DNA from: an uncultured Clostridia bacterium
Lineage (GTDB): Bacteria > Aerophobota > Aerophobia > Aerophobales > AE-B3A
Direction of reading: 5' to 3'
DNA length: 35,278 nt
Assembly: GCA_964594375.1 (NCBI GenBank)
Contig: CAZQMG010000002.1
Location: 1-35,278, forward strand
Positions within the stretch are counted from its first letter, which is position 1. Each line of letters opens with the position of its first letter. The position numbers and the translations under genes are program-made. Below the pieces are notes generated by a model. It did no database searches. It was not told the DNA's origin and saw only the letters and a program-made list of their open reading frames with translations. This document shows, piece after piece, positions 34,185 through 35,278 of the stretch.

Positions 34185-35084
34185 TCATAAAGTATATCCC
34201 ATATCTTTAAAGGATTTCTTCTGCCTTCGCCAATTCTTCTTTACTCCTACCCAGAGATCAAGATAGACGTGGCATCCCAGTCGTTTTTCTATCTCTTTTC
34301 GCGCTAAACTGCCAATCTCTTTAATCATTTTTCCTGAGCTGCCGATGAGAATACCTTTCTGAGATTTTTGCTCTACATAAATAACTACACGAATATAAAT
34401 TGGCCCTCTTTCCCTCTCTTCAAATTGGCTCACTTTGACCATAGTTGAATAAGGAATTTCTGCTCGGGTAAGGATAAATATTTTTTCTCTAACTAATTCT
34501 GATACTAAAATGCGTTCAGGTTGATCAGTAATAAAGTCGCCAGGATAATAAATTGAATGATAGGGAAGGTGTTGGATTATCTCACCCATTAAGATAGAGA
34601 GATTGGTTCCTTTCTTGGCAGAGACAGGGATTATACGACTAAAGAGAAAAAGGTCCAAATAGTTTTTTTTTAATGATTCTAACTGTGATTCCTTGATTTT
34701 GTCTATTTTATTAATGATTAAAAAGGCTGGTTTATTTAGTTTTTTCAGCTTTTGTAAAACAAATCTGTCTTCCTCGTAAATAGAAAAAGGTTCTACCATC
34801 ATAGCTATTATGTCTGTGCCCTCTAAGCTCTTTAATGCTTCTCCTACTATATGTCTGTCCACCAGGGTCCTGGTTTTATTAAGACTGATTATCCCCGGTG
34901 TATCCAAAAAAATTACCTGGGCTTCGTCGAAGGTGACTATTCCCTTAATAATGTTTCGTGTGGTTTGTGGTCGTGGGGAAACAATAGCTATCTTTTCTCC
35001 TATCAACTGATTAATCAGAGTTGATTTTCCTACATTCGGCTTGCCTATAAGTGTGACAAATCCGGCTTTGAAATTGTTTTTCAT
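34185..35084 (-). CDS. era: GTPase Era
   Basis: G1 GKPNVGKST, G3 DTPG, G4 NKID, KH-type C-terminal domain. I prefer the start MKNNFKAGF at 35084 over the ORF-track 35120. Confidence 0.9.
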   Translation of the reverse strand: MKNNFKAGFVTLIGKPNVGKSTLINQLIGEKIAIVSPRPQTTRNIIKGIVTFDEAQVIFLDTPGIISLNKTRTLVDRHIVGEALKSLEGTDIIAMMVEPFSIYEEDRFVLQKLKKLNKPAFLIINKIDKIKESQLESLKKNYLDLFLFSRIIPVSAKKGTNLSILMGEIIQHLPYHSIYYPGDFITDQPERILVSELVREKIFILTRAEIPYSTMVKVSQFEERERGPIYIRVVIYVEQKSQKGILIGSSGKMIKEIGSLARKEIEKRLGCHVYLDLWVGVKKNWRRQKKSFKDMGYTL

Positions 35085-35156
35085 AATAGTTAAAAATTTA
35101 AAGCGTAAACCTAAAGCCATAATTCAAGATTTAAAACTTTTGAGTTTTAGGTTATG

Positions 35157-35219
35157 GTTTTTCGTTTTGCGCTTTTCGCTTTGCGTTTTTTCTATCCGCT
35201 ATCCGCTATCCGCTGTCTT
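35157..35219. repeat. Nine-unit heptamer array including a perfect (CTATCCG)x3
   Basis: gtttttc gttttgc gcttttc gctttgc gtttttt ctatccg ctatccg ctatccg ctgtctt. Confidence 0.85.
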
Positions 35220-35278
35220 TTAAAGGATGGGTAGATATTGTTCCAACTCATACGACGTAACGCGAGAACGATAATTCT

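Overview
35.3 kb of AT-rich (by eye, not computed) bacterial chromosome, probably from a diderm, uncultivated-type lineage: it has signal-peptide beta-barrel proteins and RNase Y. No rRNA, CRISPR, integrase, transposase or reverse transcriptase is visible. Most of the window is housekeeping. On the minus strand are hisC-cmk-plsC-ispH-rpsA-plsY-hup-merR-tRNA-Pro, ilvD, and rny-nadD-rsfS-tRNA-Ala. On the plus strand are a radical-SAM/TrkH(KtrB)/TrkA(KtrA)-tRNA-Leu operon and queH-proB; era is on the minus strand. Two regions look accessory. (1) A 2.2 kb islet carries an ANT(6)-type aminoglycoside nucleotidyltransferase and a PhnP-like MBL hydrolase. It is bracketed by 216-nt direct repeats of the 3' end of a FucI/AraA-family isomerase gene and sits next to tRNA-Pro. 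(2) A tightly coupled 7-gene, 10.6 kb membrane operon runs from 32078 down to 21428: three uncharacterised membrane proteins, then MoxR, DUF58 and two BatA-N/VWA proteins. The most unusual signal is non-coding. Most of the longer intergenic spacers are built from degenerate arrays held in a 7-nt register (STRR-like). One block has 43 heptamers in a single register. A 37-nt heptamer-built trailer is shared directly after the CCA of tRNA-Ala and tRNA-Leu, with a degenerate version after tRNA-Pro. There are also a GGGGAGAGG hairpin family and a duplicated promoter-bearing spacer module with TIR-like conserved ends. All calls come from reading the sequence and recalled family motifs; no searches or computations were run.
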